Shown: one piece after another, positions 49,060 to 60,598 of the stretch
Layout: the number at the start of each line of letters is the position of its first letter
Numbering within the stretch: the stretch's first letter is position 1
Assembly (NCBI RefSeq): GCF_044704955.1
Contig: NC_092003.1
Span: 4,092,001-4,156,000 of the forward strand
From: Pristiophorus japonicus
Lineage: Eukaryota
Length of the DNA stretch: 64,000 bases
Reading direction: 5' to 3'
Notes under the pieces: generated by a model
What the model was told of the DNA's origin: nothing
Databases searched by the model: none
The model's input: only the letters and a program-made list of their open reading frames with translations
Made by a program: the position numbers and the translations under genes

Positions 49060-49665
49060 AGGGGGATAGAGTATAAAAGCAGACAAGTCCTGCTACAACT
49101 GTACAGGGTGTTGGTGAGACCACACCTGGAGTACTGCGTACAGTTTTGGTCTCATTTAAGGAAGGATATACTTGCATTGGAGGCAGTTCAGAGAAGGTTC
49201 ACTAGGTTGATTCCTGCGATGAAAGGATTGTCTTTTGATGAAAGGTTGGGTCTATATTCATTGGAGTTTAGAAGAATGAGAGGTGATGTTATTGAAACAT
49301 GTAAGATTATGAGGGGGCTCGACAAGGTGGATGCTGAGAGAATGTTTCTCCTCGTGGGGGAATCAAGAACGAGGGGGCACATTCTCAGAATAAGGGGTCG
49401 CCTATTTAAGATGGAGATGAGGATTTTTTTCTCTCCGAGGATCGTGAATCTGTGGAATTCTCCGCCCCATAGAGCTGTGGAGGCTGAGTCATTGAATATA
49501 TTTAAGGTGGCGATAGACAGATTTTTGAACGAAAAGGGAGTAAAGGGTTAGGAGAGCAGGTGGGGAAGTGGAGCTGAGTCCATGATCAAATTGGCCATGA
49601 TTGTATTAAATGGCAGAGCAGGCTCAAAAGGCCAAATGGCCTACTCCTGCTCCTGTTTTGTTCTT
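49060..49665 (+). mobile_element. CR1 LINE 3' fragment
   Basis: IARGIEYKSRQVLLQLYRVLVRPHLEYC...; CR1 tail. Confidence 0.93.
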
Positions 49666-49704
49666 ACAACATGAAGAAAAGCTTTTTTAACGCAGTGAGT
49701 GGTT

Positions 49705-51827
49705 AACATAGAACATAGAAACATAAAGATAGAAAATAGGTGCAGGAATAGGCCATTCGGCCCTTCGAGCCTGCACCACCATTCAATATGGTCATGGCTG
49801 ATCATGCAACTTCAGTACCCCATTCCTGCTTTCTCTGCATACCCCTTGATCCCTTTAGCCGTAAGGACCACATCTAACTCCCTTTTGAATATATCTAACG
49901 AACTGAACTCAACTTTTTGTGGGAGGGAATTCCACAGGTTCACAATTCTCTGAGTGAAGAAGTTTCCCCTCATCTCGATCCTAAATGGCTTACCCCTTAT
50001 CCTTAGACTGTGACCCCTGGTTCTGGACTTCCCCAACATCGGGAACATTCTTCCTGCATCTAACCTGTCCAATCCCATCGGAATTTTATATGTTTCCATG
50101 AGATCCCCTCTCATTCTTCTAAATTCCAGTGAATATAAGCCTAGTCGCTCCAATATTTCTTCATATGTCAATCCTGCCATCCCGGGAATCAGTCTGGTGA
50201 ACCTTCGCTGCACTCCTTCAGTAGCAAGAATGGCCTTCCTCAGATTAGGAGACCAAAACTGTACACAATATTCCAGGTGAGGCCTCACTAAGGCCCTGTA
50301 CAACTGCAGTAAGACCTCCCTACTCCTATACTCAAATCCCCTAGCTATGAAGGCCAACATGCCATTTGCCTTCTTCACAGTCTGCTGTACCTGCATGCCA
50401 ACTTTCAGTGACTGATATATCATGACACCCAGATCTCATTGCACCTCCCCTTTTCCTAATCTGTCACCATTCAGATAATATTCTGCCTTCCTGTTTTTGC
50501 CACCAATGTGGATAACCTCACATTTATCTACATTATACTGCATCTGCCATGCATTTGCCCACTCACCTAACATTTCCAAGTCACCCTGCAGCCTCTTAGC
50601 ATCTTCCTCACAGCTCATACTGCCACCCAGCTGCAAACTTGGAGATATTATATTCAATTCCTTCGTCTAAATCATTAATGTATATTGTAACTAGCTGGGG
50701 TCCAAGCACTGAACTTTGCGGTACCCCACTAGTCACTAAATGCCATTCTGAAAAGGACCTGTTTATTCCCAGTCTTTCCTTCCTGTCTACCAACCAGTTC
50801 TCTATCCATGTCAATACATTACCCCCAATACTATGCTTTAATTTGGCACATCAATCTCTTGTGTGGGACCTTGTCAAAAGCATTTTAAAAGTCCAAATAC
50901 ACCACATCCATTGGTTCTCCCTTGTCCACTCTACTCGTTATATCCTCAAAAAAATTCTCGAAGATTTGTCATAAATCCATGCTGACTTGGACCGATACTA
51001 TCACTGCTTTCCAAATGCGCTGCTATTCCATCTTTAATAATTGATTCCCCACTTCCGATGTCAGGCTAACCGGTCTATAATTCCCTGTTTTCTCTCTCCC
51101 TCCTTTTTTAAAAAGTGGGGTTACATTAGCTACCCTCCAATCCATAGGAACTGATCCAGAGTCTATAGAATGTTGGAAAATGACCACCAATGCATCCACT
51201 ATTTCGAGGGCCACCTTCCTTCAGTACTCTGGGATGCAGCTATCAGGCCCCGGGGATTTATCGGCCTTCAATCCCATCAATTTCCTTAACACAATTTCCT
51301 GACGAATAACTTCAGTTCCTCCTTCTCGCTAGACCCTCGGTCCCCTAGTATTTCCGGAAGGTTATTTGCGTCTTCCTTATTGAAGACAGAACCAAAGGAT
51401 TTGTTCAGTTGGTCTGCCATTTCTTTGTTCCCCATTATAAATTCACCTGATTCTGACATTTGTCTTCACTAATCTTTTACTCTTCACATATCTATAGAAG
51501 CTTTTGCAATCAGTTTTTATGTTCCTTGCAAGTTCCTCGTACTCTATTTTCCCCCTTAATTAAACCCTTTGTCGTCTTCTGCAGAATTTTAAATTTTTCC
51601 CACTCCTCAGGTTTGCTGCTTTTTCTGGCCAATTTATATGCCTCTTCCTTGGATTTGACACTGTCCTTAATTTCTCTTGTTAGCCACGGTTGAGCCACCT
51701 TCTCTGTTTTATTTTTACGTCAGACAGGGATGTACAATTGTTGAAGTTCATCCATGTGATCTTTAAATGTCTGCCATTGTCTATCTACCGTCAATCCTTT
51801 AAATATAATTTGCCAGTCTATCCTAGC
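49705..51827 (-). mobile_element. CR1 LINE, 5'-truncated, decayed ORF2
   Basis: Consecutive minus-strand ORF2 fragments 51698-49812; tail repeats at 49705. Confidence 0.95.
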
Positions 51828-51968
51828 CTTGGAATAGGTGGACTGGCTATTTAGGGAGGGAGGAGGAGGTGTGGCGTGGCAAGAGGATCTAAAGTAGAAT
51901 GAAAAATTCCTGAGGAAAAACAGGACCAGAGATACAGACCCTTTTTGTTTGTCTTTTTTCTCATAAAG

Positions 51969-52070
51969 AGCATCTGGAGGAAATTGATAGAACAGAAAGG
52001 CGAATGTACTACAAAGCCGAAAGGTTTGTTATGCTGGATGAGATTCAAACATGGAAAGACTTGGCTGAAG
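51969..52070 (+). CDS. MACROD1: MACROD1 coding exon 2
   Basis: T-rich tract, aag|AG CAT...GAA G|gtgagt; 102 nt, phase 1-1; (K)HLEEIDRTERRMYYKAERFVMLDEIQTWKDLAE aligns without gaps to recalled human SFLKGLSDKQREEHYFCKDFVRLKKIPTWKEMAK. Confidence 0.85.
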
Positions 52071-52286
52071 GTGAGTAATATATTTTGAAAATAAACTTTA
52101 AAGAGAAAATACCTCAAGAAGTTAGCACTGTAAATGGTTCGTACTCAAATGTGTTCCCTTTTATCCTGAAAATCTTTCTTTTTAAAAAAAATCACATTTT
52201 ACAGCTCGTTAGTTTTTAGTGGTCATTAAGTCTGTAGAGTTAAGAGATCAGCCTGGAGAGAAGTGGGAGGAGGGGCTCTACAATTA

Positions 52287-52655
52287 TGAACATAAGAATG
52301 AAGAGCAGGAGTAGGCCATGCAGCCTCTCGAGCCTGCTCTGCCATTCAATAAGATCATGGCTGATCTTTGACTTCAACTCCACTTTCCCGCCGATCTCCA
52401 TAACCATTGATTCCCTTAGAGTCCAAAAATCTATCGATCTCAGCCTTGAATATACCCAACGACTGAGCATCCACAGTCCTCTGGGGTAGAGAATTCCAAA
52501 GATTCACCACCCTCATGAGTGAAGAAATTCCTCATCTCAGTCTAAAATGGCTGACCCCTTATCCTGAGGGGTCCCTAGTTCTAGACTCTCTAGCCCGTGG
52601 AAACATCCTCTCAGGATCGACCCTGTCAACCCCTCCTCAGTATCTTCTATGTTTC
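52287..52655 (-). mobile_element. CR1 LINE 3' fragment
   Basis: CR1 tail and ORF2 end in reverse orientation. Confidence 0.88.
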
Positions 52656-52744
52656 AACTTCAATTCGTCTCCGTGTCCCTGAATCAGGAAAGGAAACAGT
52701 AAGAAATAAAAACAAAAATACTGGAACAAGCAGGTCAGGGTGGT

Positions 52745-53707
52745 GATACATTAATGATTTAGATGAAGGAATTGAGTGTCATATCTCCAAGTTTGCAGAT
52801 GACACTAAACTGGGTGGCGGTGTGAGCTGCGAGGAGAACGCTAAAAGGCTGCAGGGTGACTTGGACAGGTTAGGCGAGTGGGCAAATACATGGCAGATGC
52901 AGTATAATGTGGATAAATGTGAGGTTATCCACTTTGGGGGCAAAAACACGAAGGTAAAATATTATCTGAATGGCGGCAGATTAGGAAAGGGGGAGGTGCA
53001 ATGAGACCTGGGTGTCATGGTTCATCAGTCATTGAAAGTTGGCATGCAGGTACAGCAAGTGGTGAAGAAGGCAAATGGTATGTTGGCCTTCATAGCTAGG
53101 GGATTTGTGTATAGGAGCAGGGAGGTCTTACTGCAGTTGTACAGGGCCTTTGTGTGGCCTCACCTGGAATATTGTGTTCAGTTTTGGTCTCCTAATCTGA
53201 GGAAGGACGTTCTTGCTATTGAGGGAGTGCAGCGAAGGTTCACCAGACTGATTCCCGGGATGGCGGGACTGACGTATGAGGAAAGACTGGATCAACTGGG
53301 CCTTCATTCGCTGGAGTTTAGAAGGATGAGAGGGGATCTCATAGAAACTTAAAGATTCTGACGGGACTGGACAGGTTAGATGAAGGAAGAATGTTCCCGA
53401 TGTTGGGGAAGTCCAGAACCAGGGGACACAGTCTAAGGATAAGGGGTAAGCCATTTAGGACTGAGATGAGGAGAAACTTCTTCACTCAGAGTTGTTATTC
53501 TCTACCGCAGAGAGTTGTTGATGCCAGTTCATTGGATATATTCAAGAGGGAGTTAGATATGGCCCTTACGGCGAAAGGGATCAAGGGCTGTGGAGAGAAA
53601 GCAGGAAAGGGGTTCTGAGGGAATGATCACTCATGATCTTATTGAATGGTGGTGCAGGCTCGAAGGGCCGAATGGCCTACTCCTGCACCTATTTTCTATG
53701 TTTGTAT
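52745..53707 (+). mobile_element. CR1 LINE 3' part
   Basis: From [19 protein letters not shown] to the CR1 tail; stops and frameshifts present. Confidence 0.95.
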
Positions 53708-53948
53708 GAGAGAAACAGAGTTAACATTTCAGGTCGATGACTTTTCATCAGCACTGGACGAAGTTAGAGAGAGAGAAAGCAGGAAAGGGGTACTGAGGGA
53801 ATGATCTCTCATGATCTTATTGAAGGGTGGTGCAGGCTTGAAGGGCCGAATGGCCTACACCTTCACCTATTTTCTATGTTTGTATGAGAGAAACAGAGTT
53901 AACATTTCAGGTCGATGACTTTTCATCAGCACTGGACGAAGTTAGAGC
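53593..53948 (+). repeat. 178-bp tandem duplication spanning the CR1 tail/Penelope junction
   Basis: gagagaaagcaggaaagggg...cactggacgaagttagag occurs twice, offset 178. Confidence 0.9.
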
Positions 53949-54328
53949 GTTAACAGTTTATAAGCAAGTACAGAGCTGTGGAAAGAAGTGGGGGGGGGGG
54001 GTGGCAGGGGGTATGGTCGTGGAGGAGACGATCAGCACAGGTTCCCGGTCTTGGTTATAATCCGGTGGCCCTTGCTGGAAATGTGAATGTGTGGAAGTTG
54101 CGTGACCATAGGATTGGACTTGGCTGTGGTGTTCTCCAAATAGCCTGATGATTTGCATCTGCTCGGTGTGCAGATAGAGTGGCCATTTCGTTGCCGTGCT
54201 GAAACCTTTTCCCGATGCCTTCCTCAAGAGAGGATGCAAGAAAGTTAGCAAGGGTGGGTGAAATAAAACTCAATTTTATCAGTGAACTTAACATTTCAGA
54301 GTCCATTGAAAGTGCTAAAAAGTAAATA

Positions 54329-55020
54329 GGGGAGAAATTCGGTTGAGTCTCTGTTGCGGCGTTAACCCAGGCGGAGTGGTACTTTTAGTGCCTTGAAAAA
54401 GTTTGTGCCTCCCGCCCAAAAATTCATCAGAATTGGTTCAAGAGCTAACGGGGGCGATAACTCAGCCGATACACACTGGAGCTGGTGGGGACCGTGATAA
54501 TGAAAGTTTGGTCGGTACATTTTGTGGGCCCATTGTGCATGCACGGAACTCCAAATCAGATCCTGGGAAATGCTGAGTCTTAAAAGCATGGCATAGTAAT
54601 GCCCCCAATAAAGTTGTCAAAATCACTTGTTTTCAACCTGCACTGTTATGTCTGTCTGCTGCTGTAAACTCAGAGGCTCACGCACCGTGCTGTGTGTAAA
54701 CGTTGCACTGATTGTGACCTCCGAGGGAAGCGCTTCCTCATCTCTAAGTAGCCACCAGTTACCGACTCTGTACCCACTGTACCTAACACACGCACCTAAT
54801 TTTCCGACTGGTGTGCAAGTGTGGGCGTTGCATCAGGAACACGTCCGGATCGGAGCGAATATCAGCAGCCAGGCACTATTGGTTTGTGCCCCCGGTGAGC
54901 CTCTAATGAATTTTCAGTTGGGGCGCTAAAAGCTGAGCTCCCAGTCGGTAATCTCCAACACTCCCATTAACGCCCCCTCTGGCCGCTAACTGAGGCATCA
55001 GACAACCGAAAATCCAGCCC
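54329..55020. mobile_element. Non-autonomous DNA transposon (MITE, possibly PIF/Harbinger-like)
   Basis: Imperfect terminal inverted repeats ggggagaaattcggttg ... caaccgaaaatccagccc; internal inverted blocks aaaattcatcag/ctaatgaatttt; CpG-rich, no ORF. Confidence 0.6.
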
Positions 55021-55694
55021 GATGCGTTTGGTATCAGGGAAGAAATATGATTAAATTATTTAAAAACATCAACGATATCAGTTCTGGCAGCTGATTCAGA
55101 AATGAGTGCCAATTCTCTCTCATACATATTATAGACACGAGAAACCGTTGAATAATAAATGTATTTAATAATCAATACCAAAGGTGGTAGCAATATTTGA
55201 CACCAAAATGTATCAGACAAGACTCTACCAGGGCTTGAAAACTGCCGAGCCAGTAACTGACAAAATTCAGTGCTTTATATATTCTTTCTCAACAACCTAG
55301 CCCGTCAATATCCAAAACACTGTACTTACTTCATGTTAACTGTGCAGTAGCTCGAGGCACTTTGTAAAGATTGTATTTTTCAGCATGTGGGAATGATACA
55401 TAAAGACCATAGGTCCTATAGGACCATAGGAAATTACCAATCCCTGGCACACGTTGACTGCCTTGAGCTAATATTACACAGCTTGCATTGATTTCAAGTT
55501 GTTTCAGCTTTTCATTGACTCAAAATGTCGTGCAATTGAGATGTGAAGTCACTCACCCGAAGCTGATTTGGGAAAGTGGTCCAGGAGGTAGTTGCACATT
55601 GCGTTGGCTTCACACCAGCCACAGTATAACTGCAATTGGCATTAAGAAAGAAATACAAAAATCTAGGCTGACACTCCAGTGCAATGCGAAGGGA

Positions 55695-56280
55695 GCGCCT
55701 TTCACGACCACCGGACGTCGCAAAGTGCTTTACAGCCAATGAAGTACTTTTGGAGTGTAGTCACTGTTGTAATGTAGGAAACGCGGCAGCCAATTTGCGA
55801 ACAGCAAGCTCCAACAAGCAGGAATGTGATAATGACCCAGATAATTTATTTTTGTTATGATGCTTGAGGGATAAATATTGGCCAGGATGCCCACCTGAGA
55901 GAACAGACGGAGCTTCGGTTTAACGTCTCATCTGAAAGACTGCCCCTCCGACAGTGCATTGCTCCCTCAATACCGCCCCTCCGACAGTGCATTGCTCCCT
56001 CAATACCGCCCCACCGACAGTGCGGCGCTCCCTCAATACCGCCCCTCCGACAGTGCGGCGCTCCCTCAGTACTGCCCCTCCGACAGTGCGGCGCTCCCTC
56101 AGTACTGCCCCTCCGACAGTGCGGCGCTCCCTCAGTACCGCCCCTCTCCACCGCACTGGAGTGTCAGCCTAGATTTTTGTGCCCGCCTAGATTTTTGTGC
56201 CCAAGTCCCTGGAGTGGAACTTGAACCCACAACCTTCTGACTCAGAGGCGAGAGTGCTGCTCACTGAGCCGTGGCTGACA
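55695..56280 (-). mobile_element. Near-complete Deu-domain SINE with ~6 internal 33-bp repeats
   Basis: tRNA-like head (A box GGCTCAGTGAG, B box GGTTCAAGTTCC), Deu core and L2-like tail. Confidence 0.9.
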
Positions 56281-56337
56281 CTATTATGTAAATTAAGTAA
56301 AGTTTAAAAAACTTTCCAGGTGGTTTGACTTTTCAAA

Positions 56338-56890
56338 CTTTTGAAATGCTGACGAGAGATGGCTTTGCTTGCTCCTCATCAGTGCAGGGAGGATCCTGTC
56401 TCAAACTGGTACAAGCAATAAAACCATGTCACCACAGTCATTGCTCCATTACCAAATGCGGTCACCTCACTCTGGGAGATCTGTTAATTTTAAGTCCACT
56501 TTATAAGTTGGCAGCATTATGGAATCGTGCGGAGGATAAACGCCAAAACGGACTGGTTGAACCGAACGGCCCTTTTCTGTTACAATTTCTACGTAATATA
56601 TAGCCACATTTTCTGGAATTATAATGGTGGTTCAGAGCTTTTACTTAACTAAAAGTGGCCTGTTAGAAATTAAATCCACTTTAATTTCTTTATATGCTAA
56701 TCTACTTTAATTTCTGTTTGCCACTCCATTTATTTCTGCTCCAATTAGAAAAAAGAAACACATCTCGTTATTTTACACGTAGAAAAATTAATCTTTCGGT
56801 TTGTGTAAAAAAAGTAAAGGTTGAAAATTAATGTTGGAGTTCAGAAGGATGAGGAGCAAGCAAAGCCATCTCTCGTCAGCATTTCAAAAG
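56338..56890. repeat. Perfect 43-bp inverted repeat (56338-56380 and 56848-56890)
   Basis: cttttgaaatgctgacgagagatggctttgcttgctcctcatc and its exact reverse complement, 467 bp apart. Confidence 0.97.
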
Positions 56891-59800
56891 AGGGAAACAA
56901 AAAGGAGGCAAAAACAAAAGACAGAAAGGAGATGAGGAAAAGTGGAGGGCAGAGAAACCCAAGGCAAAGAACAAAAAGGGCCATTGTACAGCAAAATTCT
57001 AAAAGGACAGAGGGTGTTAAAAAAACAAGCCTAAAGGCTTTGTGTCTTAATGCAAGGAGTATCCGCAATAAGGTGGATGAATTAACTGTGCAAATAGATG
57101 TTAACAAATATGATGTGATTGGGATTACGGAGACGTGGCTCCAGGATGAGCAGGGCTGGGAACTCAACATCCAGGGGTATTCAACATTCAGGAAGGAAAG
57201 AATAAAAGGAAAAGGAGGTGGGGTAGCATTGCTGGTTAAGGAGGAGATTAAGGCAATAGTTAGGAAGGACATTAGCTTGGATGATGTGGAATCTATATGG
57301 GTAGAGCTGCAGAACACCAAAGGGCAAAAAACGTTAGTGGGAGTTGTGTACAGACCTCCAAACAGTAGTAGTGATGTTGGGGAGGGCATCAAACAGGAAA
57401 TTAGGGGTGCGTGCAATAAAGGTGCAGCAGTTATAATGGGTGACTTTAATATGCACATAGATTGGGCTAACCAAACTGGAAGCAATACGGTGGAGGAGGA
57501 TTTTCTGGAGTGCATAAGGGATGGTTTTTTAGACCAATATGTCGAGGAACCAACTAGGGGGGAGGCCATCTTAGACTGGGTGTTATGTAATGAGAAAGGA
57601 TTAATTAGCAATCTCGTTGTGCGAGGCCCCTTGGGGAAGAGTGACCATAATATGGTGGAATTCTGCATTAGGATGGAGAATGAAACAGTTAATTCAGAGA
57701 CCATGGTCCAGAACTTAAAGAAGGCTAACTTTGAAGGTATGAGGCGTGAATTGGCTGAGATGGATTGGCGAATGATACTTAAGGGGTTGACTGTGGATGG
57801 GCAATGGCAGACATTTAGAGACCGCATGGATGAACTACAACAATTGTACATTCCTGTCTGGCATAGAAATAAAAAAGGGAAGGTGGCTCAACCGTGGCTA
57901 TCAAGGGAAATCAGGGATAGTATTAAAGCCAAGGAAATGGCATACAAATTGGCCAGAAATAGCAGCGAACCTGGGGACTGGGAGAAATTTAGAACTCAGC
58001 AGAGGAGGACAAAGGGTTTGATTAGGGCAGGGAAAATGGAGTATGAGAAGAAGCTTGCAGGGAACATTAAGACGGATTGCAAAAGTTTCTATAGATATGT
58101 AAAGAGAAAAAGGTTAGTAAAGACAAATGTAGGTCCCCTGCAGTCAGAATCAGGGGAAGTCATAACGGGGAACAAAGAAATGGCGGACCAATTGAACAAG
58201 TACTTTGGTTCGGTATTCACGAAGGAGGACACGAACAACCTTCCGGTTATAAAAGGGGTCGGGGGGTCTAGTAAGGAGGAGGAACTGAGGGAAATCCTTA
58301 TTAGCCGGGAAATTGTGTTGGGGAAATTGATGGGATTGAAGGCCGATAAATCCCCAGGGCCTGATGGACTGCATCCCAGAGTACTTAAGGAGGTGGCCTT
58401 GGAAATAGTGGATGCGTTGACAGTCATTTTCCAACATTCCATTGACTCTGGATCAGTTCCTATGGAGTGGAGGGTAGCCAATGTAACCCCACTTTTTAAA
58501 AAAGGAGGGAGAGAGAAAACAGGGAATTATAGACCGGTCAGCCTGACATCGGTAGTGGGTAAAATGATGGAATCAATTATGAAGGATGTCACAGCAGTGC
58601 ATTTGGAAAGAGGTGACATGATAGGTCCAAGTCAGCATGGATTTGTGAAAGGGAAATCATGCTTGACAAATCTTCTGGAATTTTTTGAGGATGTTTCCAG
58701 TAGAGTGGATAAGGGAGAACCAGTTGATGTGGTATATTTGGACTTTCAGAAGGCGTTCGACAAGGTCCCACACAAGAGATTAATGGGCAAAGTTAGAGCA
58801 CATGGGATTGGGGGTAGTGTACTGACATGGATTGAGAACTGGTTGTCAGACAGGAAGCAAAGAGTAGGAGTAAATGGGTACTTTTCAGAATGGCAGGCAG
58901 TGACTAGTGGGGTACCGCAAGGTTCTGTGCTGGGGCCCCAGCTGTTTACACTGTACATTAATGATTTAGATGAGGGGATTAAATGTAGTATCTCCAAATT
59001 TGCGGATGACACTAAGTTGGGTGGCAGTGTGAGCTGCGAGGAGGATGCTGTGAGGCTGCAGAGCGACTTGGATAGGTTAGGTGAGTGGGCAAATGCATGG
59101 CAGATGAAGTATAATGTGGATAAATGTGAGGTTATCCACTTTGGTGGTAAAAACAGAGAGACAGACTATTATCTGAATGGTGACAGATTAGGAAAAGGGG
59201 AGGTGCAAAGAGACCTGGGTGTCATGGTACATCAGTCATTGAAGGTTGGCATGCAGGTGCAGCAGGCGGTTAAGAAAGCAAATGGCATGTTGGCCTTCAT
59301 AGCAAGGGGATTTGAGTACAGGGGCAGGGAGGTGTTGCTACAGTTGTACAGGGCATTGGTGAGGCCACACCTGGAGTATTGTGTACAGTTTTGGTCTCCT
59401 AACCTGAGGAAGGACATTCTTGCTATTGAGGGAGTGCAGCGAAGGTTCACCAGACTGATTCCCGGGATGGCGGGACTGACCTATCAAGAAAGACTGGATC
59501 AACTGGGCTTGTATTCACTGGAGTTCAGAAGAATGAGAGGGGACCTCATAGAAACATAAAATTCTGACGGGGTTAGACAGGTTAGATGCAGGAAGAATGT
59601 TCCCAATGTTGGGGAAGTCCAGAACCAGGGGTCACAGTCTAAGGATAAGGGGTAAGCCATTTCGGACCGAGATGCGGAGGAACTTCTTCACCCAGAGAGT
59701 GGTGAACCTGTGGAATTCTCTACCACAGAAAGTTGTTGAGGCCAATTCACTAAATATATTCAAAAAGGAGTTAGATGAGGTCCTTACTGCTAGGGGGATC

Positions 59801-59942
59801 AAGGGGTATGGCGAGAAAGCAGGAATGGGGTACTGAAGTTGAATGTTCAGCCATGAACTCATTGAATGGCGGTGCAGGCTAGAAGGGCCGAATGGCCTAC
59901 TCCTGCACCTATTTTCTATGTTTCTATGTTTCTATGTTTCTA
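56891..59942 (+). mobile_element. Young CR1 LINE, ORF2 nearly intact, lacking ORF1
   Basis: Open APE plus RT frame to 59559; a 2-nt deletion relative to sibling copies (gaaacataaaa vs gaaacatttaaaa) truncates the C-terminus; tail (ctatgttt)3. Confidence 0.97.
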
Positions 59943-60034
59943 TTATACAGTGGTTCCAAAGTACTGTCATTCTGTTCAACAAAACAATGAGTAATGCCCA
60001 TGGAACCTGTTGGAGATCAGAATCTCCCTGGAGT

Positions 60035-60598
60035 TTAAGGATGTTTCCTGTGTTTGAGAGAGAACAGTTTTTTAATCATGGTCTGTTCACGACCAGCTCT
60101 CGCACTCGACTCACTGGTTTCCAGGATAGGAGATTTGTTTGCGGTGATTAATCCGCTTTTGTAACACTCCAGCTCCTCTTGTGCAACCAGCAGCTGAGCC
60201 TTCAACTTGTTGCGTTCTTGCAACACATCCCTCAGTTCCTGGAGCGTGAAACGGGGGCGATCTGGGTCATTGACATCGACTGCAAGTTTGTCCGGCCCCG
60301 CGCTTTGCTGCAGCTGCGAATCACTTTCCGCCTGTCGAAGCCTTTCCGTTTCGACTCGCAGGCTGTCCCGTTCAATTCTCAGCGTCTCCACCGTCAGGTT
60401 GTGCTTGTTCACTAGAGCCTCGAACATTTCCAGCACCCGGATGATTTTGTACTGCAGCTCTGACACGATGTGGCAGCCGTCCGGGCCGCTGAGCTTCATC
60501 AAGTCCCGGCCGATGATGTAAGATATATCATAGACGTCTTCAGCCGCCAGCTCGAATGGATCTTTGTCAAACGCTGATGTCGGGTTGAGTTCCTCCAT
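60035..60598 (-). CDS. RILPL2: RILP-like protein 2-like, intronless 187-aa ORF nested antisense in MACROD1 intron 2
   Basis: RH1 (PFELAAEDVYDISYIIGRDL...IIRVLEMFEALV) and RH2 (DPDRPRFTLQELRDVLQERNKLKAQLLVAQEEL) domains plus C-terminal TMIKKLF, matching recalled RILPL2; no stop or frameshift. Confidence 0.92.
   Translation of the reverse strand: MEELNPTSAFDKDPFELAAEDVYDISYIIGRDLMKLSGPDGCHIVSELQYKIIRVLEMFEALVNKHNLTVETLRIERDSLRVETERLRQAESDSQLQQSAGPDKLAVDVNDPDRPRFTLQELRDVLQERNKLKAQLLVAQEELECYKSGLITANKSPILETSESSARAGREQTMIKKLFSLKHRKHP

Larger units (their letters stand above)
52690..54000 (-). mobile_element. Penelope-like terminal fragment split by a CR1 insertion
   Basis: Minus strand has hammerhead-like cores at 53716-53751 and 53894-53929; the continuation cctgacctgc...ttccagtatttttgtttttattt lies at 52700-52740 on the other side of the CR1, in the same order as the 14.27-kb copy. 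Confidence 0.65.

Noticed and set aside
56200-56280. tRNA gene (A and B boxes; also 62350-62432)
   Set aside because: These are tRNA-derived SINE heads contiguous with the SINE body; no full cloverleaf is evident
56841-57851. Antisense ORFs over CR1 ORF2 (also 42455-43156 and several short ones)
   Set aside because: Shadow frames of the same repeat family; their recurrence reflects copy similarity, not independent conservation
56821-59559. 912-aa ORF as a host gene or novel fusion protein
   Set aside because: It is CR1 ORF2; the odd N-terminus is read-through of junction DNA from a non-ATG (TTG) start
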